This document shows positions 1 to 8,512 of a stretch of DNA of 32,000 bases, one piece after another. The first letter of the stretch is position 1, and every line of letters begins with the position of its first letter. The notes under the pieces were generated by a model, which had not been told where the DNA came from, did not search any database, and worked only from the letters and a program-made list of their open reading frames with translations. Origin of the DNA: Wolbachia endosymbiont of Cimex lectularius. Lineage in GTDB: Bacteria; Pseudomonadota; Alphaproteobacteria; Rickettsiales; Anaplasmataceae. A program made the translations under genes and the position numbers. The stretch is taken from NCBI RefSeq assembly GCF_000829315.1, contig NZ_AP013028.1, forward strand, positions 1,140,001 through 1,172,000, read 5' to 3'.

Positions 1-57
1 ACAGATGATAGTCCTCTCCTTCATTTCTCTCCTGTTACGAAGATTTTAAACAGGTTC
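1..57 (+). mobile_element. 3'-terminal 57 bp of an IS5-family insertion sequence (fourth copy, opposite orientation to the other three), cut by the window edge
   Basis: Bases 1-57 are the exact reverse complement of 8513-8569 (end of the transposase ORF plus the 18-bp terminal inverted repeat GAACCTGTTTAAAATCTT). TAA follows at 58-60, the same T(T/A)A triplet type that flanks the complete copies. Confidence 0.85.
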
Positions 58-275
58 TAAGAAAGAAGGGGAAATAGAAAAAACAACTAATAAAATAGGA
101 ACTTCAACTGAAAAAGCTACAAGGAATAATAGTGAAAAGCCGGAGCCAGGTAATAACCAAATTTGTGGCGATGCAACTGCTAAACTTATGGAAGAAAGGA
201 ACTCAGCAAACCAAAAGAAAAGTTTTACAAGAGGTTAGTATGGTCTCCCACCCCAGCGTTACCAAGCGCTGGGCG

Positions 276-1307
276 TTACTTCCATTTACACTCGTCAGCT
301 ATCATAACAGCTTCGAGCAGGTGTTCTTCAAGTTTGCTGAGAGGCAAGTCACTTTGTGGGTAACTCCCCCAAGATTTTAATATGTCAGAAGTTTCGACAC
401 CTTCAACAATAGGATATTCCTGATTTTTTTTAGCATATAGTTCTTGAGCTTGCTTGCTTACTAAAAATTCCAGCAAAGTTATAGCGTTTTCTCTGTTTTT
501 TGCGTTTTTTGTTACCGCTGCTCCACTAATATTCACCATTACGCCATTATCATTTTGATTAGGGAAGAAAACCCCCAGCTTGTCTATAATATTCCTTTTA
601 TTTCCATACCCTGATGAAAGAATCCTTGCAAAATAATAGCTATTTACTATTGCAACATCTCCTTCACCAGCAGCTACAGCGTGAATTTGGTCAGTATCGC
701 CACCACTTGGTTTTCTTGCCATATTGCTCACAATTCCACAGACCCATTCTTTTGCCTTTTCAAAACCATCGTTTGCAATCATAAAAGCAATCAATGATCG
801 GTTATATGGACTCGTAGAAGAGCGTACTAATATTCTTCCTTTCCACTTTTCATTTGCTAAATCTTCATAAGTACTTAAATCTTTAGGGTTTGCTGATTCT
901 TTATTATAAACCAATATTCTAGTTCTTTTTGTGAGGCCAAACCAATAATCTTCATTATCTCTAAATTTTGCAGGTATAGCATTTTTTAAAACCTCTGAGT
1001 CTACTTGGGACAGAAGGTCTCTTTTTTTTGCTAAAATCAAATTCACTGCATCTGCAGTCAAAAATAAGTCAGCTTCACCACCATTTTCCATGCGTGAGAG
1101 CAACTGAGAATAATCATCAATAATATAACGTACCTTGATGCCCGTATCTTTTGTGAATTCGTCAAATAAAGTGCGTACTAACTCCTCTTTACGTGATGAA
1201 TAAACATTCACCACTTGTGAATTGTCAGTTTCGCTGTTCTTGTACAAATAAGTAACGACTATTAATACAACTGCTATTAGAAATGTGAATATGAAAGCTC
1301 TTTTCAT
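276..1307 (-). CDS. Periplasmic Fe(III)-binding protein of an ABC transporter (FbpA/AfuA/IdiA-like)
   Basis: 343-aa ORF with an N-terminal hydrophobic signal/anchor (FIFTFLIAVVLIVVTYL). Overall resemblance to iron(III) substrate-binding proteins (VYSSRKEEL..., ADLFLTADA, WFGLTKRTRILVYNK). Recognised by eye only. Confidence 0.75.
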   Translation of the reverse strand: MKRAFIFTFLIAVVLIVVTYLYKNSETDNSQVVNVYSSRKEELVRTLFDEFTKDTGIKVRYIIDDYSQLLSRMENGGEADLFLTADAVNLILAKKRDLLSQVDSEVLKNAIPAKFRDNEDYWFGLTKRTRILVYNKESANPKDLSTYEDLANEKWKGRILVRSSTSPYNRSLIAFMIANDGFEKAKEWVCGIVSNMARKPSGGDTDQIHAVAAGEGDVAIVNSYYFARILSSGYGNKRNIIDKLGVFFPNQNDNGVMVNISGAAVTKNAKNRENAITLLEFLVSKQAQELYAKKNQEYPIVEGVETSDILKSWGSYPQSDLPLSKLEEHLLEAVMIADECKWK

Positions 1308-1455
1308 ATTGAATAGAATAATTTCTCTTAGTTAGAAATATTCAAATGGCAAGGTCTTGGCAAGTGTAAATCTTCAAAATGTTGCACTATCCCAGTTTGC
1401 AGTACTAGGATAGTGATGAAAAGAAGTGCAAGCCAGAAAATATGTTTTCCATAAT

Positions 1456-2250
1456 TTAATTAACAATATAAGTAATATCTGGGTGACCACATGGTTCAGC
1501 AACTACTTGTAACAACTTTGAACTAACATCCTTCTGACTTTCTTTCACAACTTCGATAAACGTTGTGTTAAGTTCTTTACCGCTAGCCTCTTGTTTATGT
1601 AATAACAAATAATCTTTAAAATCAGTTTTGTTCCAATGATGAAGGGCACAAACTACAGTGAAAAGCAGTAGAGTACATGAAATTGCAACGACTGGCCAGT
1701 AAACGGTAGGATTTGTGTATAAATTTACTATATTACTCAAACCACCTGTTGAATATAGTGTTAAAGGAAAGGTTATGCTTCCAGTAATAAGCACTGTGCT
1801 TAAAATAGGAAGCCATAGTCTATCATTGACTAATGAATTTACTTTACTCTTGTAACAGATTGGCTGTCCTATAAGTTCTACAATATTTGTATTATTTTTT
1901 TCTTGTCCTTGAAGAGAATGAAACGTAAAATAAATGCGGTTACCGTTACTATACTTTAATACCAAGGACTTGATGCATTTGTCTTCTGGAAGTGTACTTA
2001 ATACTTCATCTAAAACTTTTTGAGTATCTCTTTCTTTAATCTTATGTTCCTTAGTACGAACTGCTTGCATAAGTTCCCACATAATTCCCAAGACTAAACA
2101 AGATGCTAATACCCCACCAAATATAGTGACAGGATTTACGCTGCTAATGAATCCAATAAATCCCCTTTGTTGCACACTCGAGGCGATTGCCGTAATACAA
2201 CACGCCGTAACAAGACCTGAAAGAGGCATTGTAACTTTTTTCTTCTGCAT
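1456..2250 (-). CDS. Hypothetical integral membrane protein (about 4 predicted TM segments); possibly the detached C-terminal half of the upstream ORF
   Basis: 264-aa ORF with hydrophobic stretches (LVTACCITAIA, IFGGVLASCLVLGIMW, WLPILSTVLITGSITFPLTL, YWPVVAISCTLLLFTVVCAL). Its first 115 nt overlap the 3' end of ORF 2136..3245 in another frame. Confidence 0.6.
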   Translation of the reverse strand: MQKKKVTMPLSGLVTACCITAIASSVQQRGFIGFISSVNPVTIFGGVLASCLVLGIMWELMQAVRTKEHKIKERDTQKVLDEVLSTLPEDKCIKSLVLKYSNGNRIYFTFHSLQGQEKNNTNIVELIGQPICYKSKVNSLVNDRLWLPILSTVLITGSITFPLTLYSTGGLSNIVNLYTNPTVYWPVVAISCTLLLFTVVCALHHWNKTDFKDYLLLHKQEASGKELNTTFIEVVKESQKDVSSKLLQVVAEPCGHPDITYIVN

Positions 2251-3245
2251 ATAACATACTTTACTTTCTGTAAAAATCTGTTTGTTTTTTTACCATCTGA
2301 GAGCAAAGACTTTTCAGAGCCATCTTCGCTCGTATACGATGGTGGAGGAGTTGGAACCATACCTAAATCTTCAATATCCTGATGATTCTGTATAGGTTCT
2401 TTAATCCATTTTTCTACTTCGTCTAAATAACCATCATTCGCTGTTCTGTCTGTTTCTGTTGTCAGCTTACTAGATATATTAATCCCCTTAAATGTGATAT
2501 TCTCTAATTCTTCTTTACTAATATCAACTTCCGCTATTCCTTGATCTATATTTTCTAAGAGACTCTTCATATTTTTTTTTAACAATTCCTTTATGTTTCT
2601 ATGAAAGTCATCAACAGGATTAGTGTTCCGCATATTACCATCAACTAACATTACTTTTTGCGGTAACATACCTTTGTCTTTTTTATGTGCTTTTAAAAGA
2701 TATAAAACGCGTAGATGTTTTTCGATTTGTGGATCTTGAGACTTAGTCATTTTTTCAGCTATTTTTGCTGAATCTTCAATTTGTGGGGGTTGACGCTTAG
2801 TTGTTCCTTTAAATACTTTAATACTTTGTGCCTGCTCTTCTGTTAAATCTAAATAATTTTTCACTATATGTTCTACTGATTTGGGATATGCAAGTGATAC
2901 AATAACAACTTCTGCTCCGCTTGAAAGTGCAGATTGTAATACAGACTTTAGTTTTTTTTTATTTTTGATTCCTGAATTTTGAAAAAATTCTTCTATTTTT
3001 TCTTTAGTTACTGCATTGTTTTGGCCAGAATTATAATCATTATAATTTTGGGATGCAAAGAGATTGCACATGGAGCTCTTGACAATTGTTTGATCAAAAT
3101 CAAATATTAACATAGAACCTTTCTTTTTCTCTTGATATGCATCCTCTGCCATATCATTTAACAATGCTTGTACATCATTTTGCACATTGTCCTTTTCTGT
3201 AACAGCTACTCTAAGTATTGATATAGGCGTTGTTGATCCATGCAT
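2136..3245 (-). CDS. Hypothetical protein with a possible HAD-like phosphatase signature (DxDxT); the last ~45 codons look out of frame
   Basis: 369-aa ORF. Contains LIFDFDQTIV (DxDxT-type motif I), VVIVSLAYP (motif II-like) and MLVDGNMRN (motif IV-like). The Arg/Lys-rich tail RRKKLQCLFQVLLRRVVLRQSPRV overlaps the start of ORF 1456..2250. Confidence 0.55.
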   Translation of the reverse strand: MHGSTTPISILRVAVTEKDNVQNDVQALLNDMAEDAYQEKKKGSMLIFDFDQTIVKSSMCNLFASQNYNDYNSGQNNAVTKEKIEEFFQNSGIKNKKKLKSVLQSALSSGAEVVIVSLAYPKSVEHIVKNYLDLTEEQAQSIKVFKGTTKRQPPQIEDSAKIAEKMTKSQDPQIEKHLRVLYLLKAHKKDKGMLPQKVMLVDGNMRNTNPVDDFHRNIKELLKKNMKSLLENIDQGIAEVDISKEELENITFKGINISSKLTTETDRTANDGYLDEVEKWIKEPIQNHQDIEDLGMVPTPPPSYTSEDGSEKSLLSDGKKTNRFLQKVKYVICRRKKLQCLFQVLLRRVVLRQSPRVCNKGDLLDSLAA

Positions 3246-3330
3246 ACTACTCTCCGAAATTAATTACCAATGCTGTGTTGATTACACCATAGTTGTTAAT
3301 ATGTAGTAAATACTAATTTAAGGATAAGTG

Positions 3331-4125
3331 TTAATATAAGAACTGCCTATCAAAGATTCTTTCGTCTAATGAATAATCTCTGTCAAAAAGTAGAGTGACT
3401 GTGTTCTCGTGGTCTTTCTGCATTTTTATCTGTGATATGTGATGAAACTCTTTGTAATCTGATACTACAAGTGCTGGACGATTTTCCACGTCGTTAATGT
3501 CAATTTGTACTACTGTATCACTTGAGATTAACGCTCCGTTCCAATGCCTTGGGTGATAGCTATTAATAGAGGTCAGTGCAAGTAAGTTTGAGTTTAATGG
3601 TAAGATTGGGCCTCCGGCAGAAAAGTTATATGCAGCGCTACCGGTTGGGGTAGACAATATTATTCCATCCCCTCTAAATTTTTCTACTTTTAGCTTGTCA
3701 TTGATAGTAATATTCATTTCTACTATTTGATTCGCTTTTCTGAAAACATATACCTCGTTTACTGCTATGTAATGGTATTTCTTGCCACCTATATCTGTAG
3801 CTTCCGTTTTTAACAAAGTGAGCTGAGTTGGGACTGTGTATTCTATGTTATCAATTAGATCTTCGCTGCGGCTAAAGCACTTATTCATCAAAAATCCAAC
3901 GTTACCAGTATTTACTCCATATACATGTATGTTTTTATTTCCTATCACGTAATTATGCAGGGTGCGTAGCATGAAGCCATCACCGCCAACAACTATGAGC
4001 AGATCAATTTCGGATTTATTTTCCTCTGTTATATTGATAAAATTAAATTTTTGTAACAGTTTGGATACTTCCTGCGATTTTGGTGACTCAGAAGCAACGT
4101 AGGCTATATTTTTATATTTATGCAT
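3331..4125 (-). CDS. nadK: NAD kinase
   Basis: 264 aa. Has the diagnostic GGDGFMLRTLH motif and the TPTGSAAYNFSAGGPILP motif of the NAD+ kinase family. Confidence 0.9.
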   Translation of the reverse strand: MHKYKNIAYVASESPKSQEVSKLLQKFNFINITEENKSEIDLLIVVGGDGFMLRTLHNYVIGNKNIHVYGVNTGNVGFLMNKCFSRSEDLIDNIEYTVPTQLTLLKTEATDIGGKKYHYIAVNEVYVFRKANQIVEMNITINDKLKVEKFRGDGIILSTPTGSAAYNFSAGGPILPLNSNLLALTSINSYHPRHWNGALISSDTVVQIDINDVENRPALVVSDYKEFHHISQIKMQKDHENTVTLLFDRDYSLDERIFDRQFLY

Positions 4126-4149
4126 GCTTCACTCAGAAAGAAGCAAAAA

Positions 4150-4362
4150 CTAGAAGATACCTCCATATTTATCATTAAACTTAGCTATTTTGCTAGTTTT
4201 GCTTGCCGATCCACTTGTCAAACTTCCAGTCCATGCAGGGTGGGTTAGAGGATCTCTATCAAGTTTTACCTTATCACCTTCCTTTCCATAAGTGGAACGA
4301 GTTTCAAACTCTTGACCATTTGTCATGATTATAGTAATTTTATGATAATCAATTTCTGCCAT
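4150..4362 (-). CDS. rpmE: 50S ribosomal protein L31
   Basis: 70 aa. The size and the pattern YHKITIIMTNGQEFETRSTYGKEG...LDRDPLTHPAWTG are typical of L31. Confidence 0.85.
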   Translation of the reverse strand: MAEIDYHKITIIMTNGQEFETRSTYGKEGDKVKLDRDPLTHPAWTGSLTSGSASKTSKIAKFNDKYGGIF

Positions 4363-4490
4363 TGCTACCTATAAACTTCCAGTTAGTTAATATTCTAGTG
4401 GATTCGATTCACTAAGTCAATTATTATTCTAAAATATTGACAAAAAATAAATAAAGTAGTATACTTGATGAAGAATAAATAATAATTATT

Positions 4491-5471
4491 ATGATTTTTG
4501 CTTTCCCTGGTCAGGGCTCTCAGTTTGTAGGAATGGGAAGGAGCTTATATAGTGAGTTCTCTGTTGCAAGACAGGTATTTTATGAAGTAGATAGTGTACT
4601 AAGTAGAAAGTTATCTAGTTTAATTTTTGACGGCCCTATTGAAGAGTTGACCATCACAGAAAATGCTCAGCCAGCTATAATGGCAGTGTCAATTGCAATG
4701 CTACGTGTTATGGAGCATGTGTTTGGCAGATCTCTTTTCTCTGATTGCAACGTTCAGTATGTTTGTGGGCATTCAGTTGGCGAGTATACAGCACTATGTG
4801 CTGCAGGAGCATTGACTCTTGAGTCTGCGGTCAAACTGCTGAAAGTTCGCGGTGAAGCGATGCATGAAGCCTCTTTGAAATGTAAAGGCGGAATGGTTGC
4901 ATTGCTTGGAGCAGAGATAAGCGAAGTAGAAGATATATTGAAATCAGCCAAAATTGACGGGGTTTGTGAAGTTGCAAACGATAATGGTGGTGGACAGGTA
5001 GTGGTAAGCGGCACTGCAGAAACTCTTGAGGTGTTGCCCGATTTATTCAAAAACTCAAGTGTGAGGAAACTAATTAAATTACAAGTTAGTGGGCCTTTTC
5101 ATTCATCTCTTATGAAACCCGCTGATGAAAAACTCTTGGAATTTTTGGAAAACATTACAATAACTCGACCCCTAATTCCCTTTGTATCAAATGTTACAGC
5201 CAAAGAAGAAAGTGACCCAGAAATAATAAGAGATTTGCTTGCTAAGCAAATCATAAGCAAAGTAAGGTGGAGAGAGATGGTTTTATATATGGTAAACTGC
5301 GACGTTAACAAATTCGTTGAAATTGGGCCTAATAAAGTTTTATCTAATTTAGTCAAAAGAATTGATCAATCCATCAGTACAAAAAATATAGGTAGTATTG
5401 GTGATATTGATAATTTTCTTAATGAATCGTTAGTATTGACAGCAGAAAATTTAGAAGTTAGTTTAAGTTAA
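4491..5471 (+). CDS. fabD: Malonyl-CoA:ACP transacylase
   Basis: 326 aa. N-terminal FAFPGQGSQFVGMG and active-site GHSVGEY motifs. Confidence 0.9.
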   Translation: MIFAFPGQGSQFVGMGRSLYSEFSVARQVFYEVDSVLSRKLSSLIFDGPIEELTITENAQPAIMAVSIAMLRVMEHVFGRSLFSDCNVQYVCGHSVGEYTALCAAGALTLESAVKLLKVRGEAMHEASLKCKGGMVALLGAEISEVEDILKSAKIDGVCEVANDNGGGQVVVSGTAETLEVLPDLFKNSSVRKLIKLQVSGPFHSSLMKPADEKLLEFLENITITRPLIPFVSNVTAKEESDPEIIRDLLAKQIISKVRWREMVLYMVNCDVNKFVEIGPNKVLSNLVKRIDQSISTKNIGSIGDIDNFLNESLVLTAENLEVSLS

Positions 5472-5535
5472 AGCGTATAGCTAGCACGAATAAGGCTGAT
5501 TGTTAGTTCTACCAATTAAGGGAGGGGTGAGAAGT

Positions 5536-6297
5536 ATGACAAATATTAACACTAAAGAGTACGACCTAACATTAGGCAGTACCACAGTTAAACTTTTTAT
5601 TGAAAGTGATGACATAAGTGGAATTAATTTTATTAACGTACATCAAAATGAGGTAACTTCAAAAGAGGCCGGCAAGCGCATAATCCAACAATTTGGCGGC
5701 AGGATGTTGTATATTATTCATGGCGATGGTACTTCACGTAATGTGGAATTTAATTTAAATGGTGAAAAGTATGAGTTTGATCCCAATCGTATATTTGACG
5801 ATGTGGGTGCAGAGGCTAGTTTAAAAAAATTTGGCAATTTCTCAGAAGGTGCTTTGAAAGCAGTTAGAAATTTTGCAGAAAAAATTTTAGATTTCTTGCT
5901 TCCCGATCAAGACTATGTCATCGCTCTGCATAATAACTACAACTCTCCTAGCTACTCATTCAAAAGCTATTTTTCTCCACCACTTTCCCGTGATGTACTG
6001 AAGATTTATCCAGAAGTATGTCCAGAAAGCGGAACGGGTGAGTTTTTCTATACGACAGTTGAAGATTGGTTTGAGGCTTTAAAACAGAAGGAAGTTTTTA
6101 ATATAATATTGCAAAACAACAAAGCGGTTGAAGACGATGGTTCTTTATCTGTATCTGTATATGCTGGAGAAAACAATATTCGGTACTCTAATGTGGAAGC
6201 AGAGCATGGTCATTTAGAGCAGCAAATAGATATGCTACCTGCTTTACACAGTGTTTTATTTCCAAATGCAAATCAATCCCCGACGGTAGAATTATAA
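5536..6297 (+). CDS. Hypothetical protein, possibly a zinc-dependent amidase/carboxypeptidase-like hydrolase (HxxE ... H pattern)
   Basis: The ORF track starts at 5500, but the ATG at 5536 sits 8 nt after AAGGGAGGGG (5518-5527). NVHQNEVTS and, about 95 residues later, IALHNNYN resemble the metal ligands of M14/AstE-type enzymes. This is a weak by-eye call. Confidence 0.5.
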   Translation: MTNINTKEYDLTLGSTTVKLFIESDDISGINFINVHQNEVTSKEAGKRIIQQFGGRMLYIIHGDGTSRNVEFNLNGEKYEFDPNRIFDDVGAEASLKKFGNFSEGALKAVRNFAEKILDFLLPDQDYVIALHNNYNSPSYSFKSYFSPPLSRDVLKIYPEVCPESGTGEFFYTTVEDWFEALKQKEVFNIILQNNKAVEDDGSLSVSVYAGENNIRYSNVEAEHGHLEQQIDMLPALHSVLFPNANQSPTVEL

Positions 6298-6319
6298 TAA
6301 CATAAAGCATACTGGCTGC

Positions 6320-7825
6320 TTATACAATCAATGAACTACCTGTTATTTCGTCTGGTTTTTTAATTCCAAGTAACTGTAAAATAGTGGGAGCGATATCAGA
6401 TAACTTTCCATCTCTCAGCTTCAGATTGTTATAAGAATCAAAGCATACGATGAATGGAACTGTATTCAAAGTATGTGCTGTATGGGGTGTGTTGTTTTCT
6501 TCATCGAACATGCACTCAACATTGCCGTGATCTGCCGTAACAATGAGCACAGTGTTACCTACTTCTTTAACAGCATCGAGCACTTTCATAAGGCAATTAT
6601 CTATAGCTAGCACAGCCTTCTGAGCTGCTTTCATGTTACCTGTATGACTTACCATATCAGGATTAGCGTAATTTATAACTATCAGTGCGAATTCTTGGGA
6701 ATAAATTTTTTCTACAAGCTTTTCTGTGAGCTCAAAGGCTGACATTTCAGGCTGCAAATCATAAGTTTTAACTTTTGGTGAGGGAATGAGAATTCTTTCT
6801 TCACCAGGGAAAGGTTCTTCTTTGCCGCAATTGAAAAAGAAGGTTACATGAGCGTATTTTTCAGTTTCAGCAATACGCAACTGTCGTAATTTATTATCCG
6901 CTATTGCCTGTCCTAGAGTGTTGGCAAAGGATCTAGAAGGAAAAAGACAGGGAATTTTTAAGCCCGCTTTGTATTGCATCATACTTAAAATTGAAGAGAA
7001 TTTTGCTACTTCAATGTAGTCTGTTTTACCAAGCAAAATACTCGCCAATTGTATCATTCGATCGGCACGAAAGTTAGCCAGTAACACCCCATCTTCTGGC
7101 TTTATACCTTGATAGTTACCTATTACTGCAGGTCTGATAAACTCATCAGTTATGTTGCTTTGGTAGTTACTATCAATCAACGACATCATACTATCGTGAC
7201 AAGGTGCCTTTGCAAATGCGATAGCTTCGTAAGCTTCAATTGTTCTTTCCCATCTGTTATCACGGTCCATAGCGTAATAACGTCCAGAAACAGTAGCAAT
7301 TCTTATGTCATTGCCCTTTATACTCTCTTCAAATTCTTGAATGCATTTTTTCCCCGAATTTGGCGATGTATCTCTGCCATCTAAAAATGCATGTATCACC
7401 ACCTTAATTCCGTGTTGCGATATTTTATTTGCTAGAGTTGAAATATGTTTTTGATGCGAATGAACACCACCGTCTGACACTAATCCCATTATATGGCATA
7501 CGCCACGCTTACTTTTTAAATTGCCAATAAAGTTTTGTAGATTTGCATTGCTTTCTATTGTTCCTATTTCTTGATTAATACGCTGTAGGCTTTGCATCAC
7601 TACTCTGCCACTGCCAATATTCATATGGCCAACCTCTGAATTGCCTATCTGACCATCTGGTAGCCCAACATCGGTTCCACAGGCAGATAAACTGCATTTT
7701 GGGTAATTAGAGCTAATATACTGCCAACAGGGTGGATTTGCATTGCTAATAGCATTATATTCACTATTCTCTATTCCATTTCCCCAACCATCTAATATAC
7801 ATAAAACAACCGATTTAAAGTTCAT
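6320..7825 (-). CDS. gpmI: 2,3-bisphosphoglycerate-independent phosphoglycerate mutase
   Basis: 501 aa. [26 protein letters not shown] and TADHGN motifs of cofactor-independent PGM. Confidence 0.92.
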   Translation of the reverse strand: MNFKSVVLCILDGWGNGIENSEYNAISNANPPCWQYISSNYPKCSLSACGTDVGLPDGQIGNSEVGHMNIGSGRVVMQSLQRINQEIGTIESNANLQNFIGNLKSKRGVCHIMGLVSDGGVHSHQKHISTLANKISQHGIKVVIHAFLDGRDTSPNSGKKCIQEFEESIKGNDIRIATVSGRYYAMDRDNRWERTIEAYEAIAFAKAPCHDSMMSLIDSNYQSNITDEFIRPAVIGNYQGIKPEDGVLLANFRADRMIQLASILLGKTDYIEVAKFSSILSMMQYKAGLKIPCLFPSRSFANTLGQAIADNKLRQLRIAETEKYAHVTFFFNCGKEEPFPGEERILIPSPKVKTYDLQPEMSAFELTEKLVEKIYSQEFALIVINYANPDMVSHTGNMKAAQKAVLAIDNCLMKVLDAVKEVGNTVLIVTADHGNVECMFDEENNTPHTAHTLNTVPFIVCFDSYNNLKLRDGKLSDIAPTILQLLGIKKPDEITGSSLIV

Positions 7826-7952
7826 ACGGTGCTAGAATTCTATAGATATAACACGATACCAAGAACAAACTCTTTCCACAATCTCAATATTGCGTGACAT
7901 AAAGTTTGTAAAGGAGGAATTATCAAATATCACATAGGTGTGTCAGAACAGC

Positions 7953-8509
7953 GTTAGATCTCTCGCATATCAAACCAGCTTTGGCATATGCGAAAAAACT
8001 ACTTGACAAATCTCACCAGCCCCATTATTATAAAGTTGGAGGTATTTAGTTATCTTCATCTGTGCAGATTAAACGACAAGAGTATTATGGTTAGCGTTTT
8101 ATGTTTAATTTTTTGCACTATGTGCACTTCATGTCTTTATTAATTTTACCTAGATTTCTAGGTTTTTCCCTATACAAGCTGAAACGCGCTTATAAGTCGT
8201 TTAAGACAGTATAGTACGCCAATTTGCAGGATTAGAGAGTGAGCAACTTCTACCACGGGGCTCTTTTGTCTTTTTTTCTGCTTAGTAAGTTTCTTAGCGC
8301 TTAAGCTAAGGGTCTGTTGCAGTTTAAAAGTCGCTAAATTGCAGCGTTTAAGACTTAAAAAAACGCCAATACTGAAAATAGACAATGACCAGGGCTTCTT
8401 TTGCTTTTTTTCAGCCTTGAAACTCGTTAGCGCCGCATTAGCTATATCACATGGGATTGTGCAATGGATGCAGCTTAACATAAAAAGTTTGACTTTTTGA
8501 AATTTTTGG
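7953..8509 (+). repeat. R element copy R1: non-coding repeat with an internal sigma70-type promoter and two ~147-bp tandem subunits; its 3' side abuts IS copy 1
   Basis: Alignable by eye with 14924-15425 (same orientation), 10771-11106 (inverted) and 29143-29187 plus 30050-30470. Shared blocks: ACTACTTGACAAAT, TATCTTCA.TCTGTGCAGAT, CATGTTTAATTTTTTGCACTATGTGCAC, CAAGCTGAAACGCGCTTATAAGTCGTTTAAGAC, AAAAACGCCAAT, GGGGCT.CTTTTG.CTTTTTTT. Subunits begin at 8198 and 8345 (CGTTTAAGAC). Confidence 0.8.
8003..8031 (+). promoter_or_regulatory. Predicted sigma70 promoter inside R1 (TTGACA-N17-TATTAT), firing toward IS copy 1
   Basis: TTGACA at 8003-8008, exactly 17 nt spacer, TATTAT at 8026-8031. The -35 box and spacing are the same in all four R copies. 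Confidence 0.6.
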
Positions 8510-8512
8510 TTA

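Noticed and set aside
59-238. Open frame of 60 codons (KKEGEIEKTTNKIG...QKKSFTRG-stop) running out of the IS end at the left edge; possibly the 3' remnant of a gene truncated by the IS
   Set aside because: It has no start codon, its sequence is low-complexity and Lys/Glu/Asn-rich, and it is too short to separate from chance without a homology search.
132-380. Miscellaneous short ORFs antisense to or overlapping well-supported genes (132..380, 4754..5050, 5099..5356, 7109..7384, 11689..11910, 13610..13807, 18986..19264, 20344..20595, 21011..21205, 23150..23353, 23486..23755, 24119..24301, 25883..26077, 27099..27323, 28485..28709)
   Set aside because: Each lies on the opposite strand of, or out of frame within, a gene with strong motif support. 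They have a biased composition typical of shadow frames and no RBS.
1308-1350. Inverted repeat TTGAATA...TATTCAA and GAAATTATTC upstream of the iron-binding-protein gene as a possible Fur box
   Set aside because: It only weakly resembles the GATAATGATAATCATTATC consensus, and such AT-rich palindromes are expected by chance in this composition.
8198-8480. Possible CRISPR array, suggested by the regularly spaced repeats in R elements
   Set aside because: The period is ~141-147 bp and whole units are homologous. There are no short 25-40-bp direct repeats with unique spacers and no cas genes nearby.
8170-8481. 103-aa ORF on the minus strand inside R1
   Set aside because: It lies entirely within the tandem subunits of the R repeat. 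Its internally repetitive, Lys-rich sequence mirrors the DNA periodicity, and no equivalent ORF is open in R2, R3 or R4.
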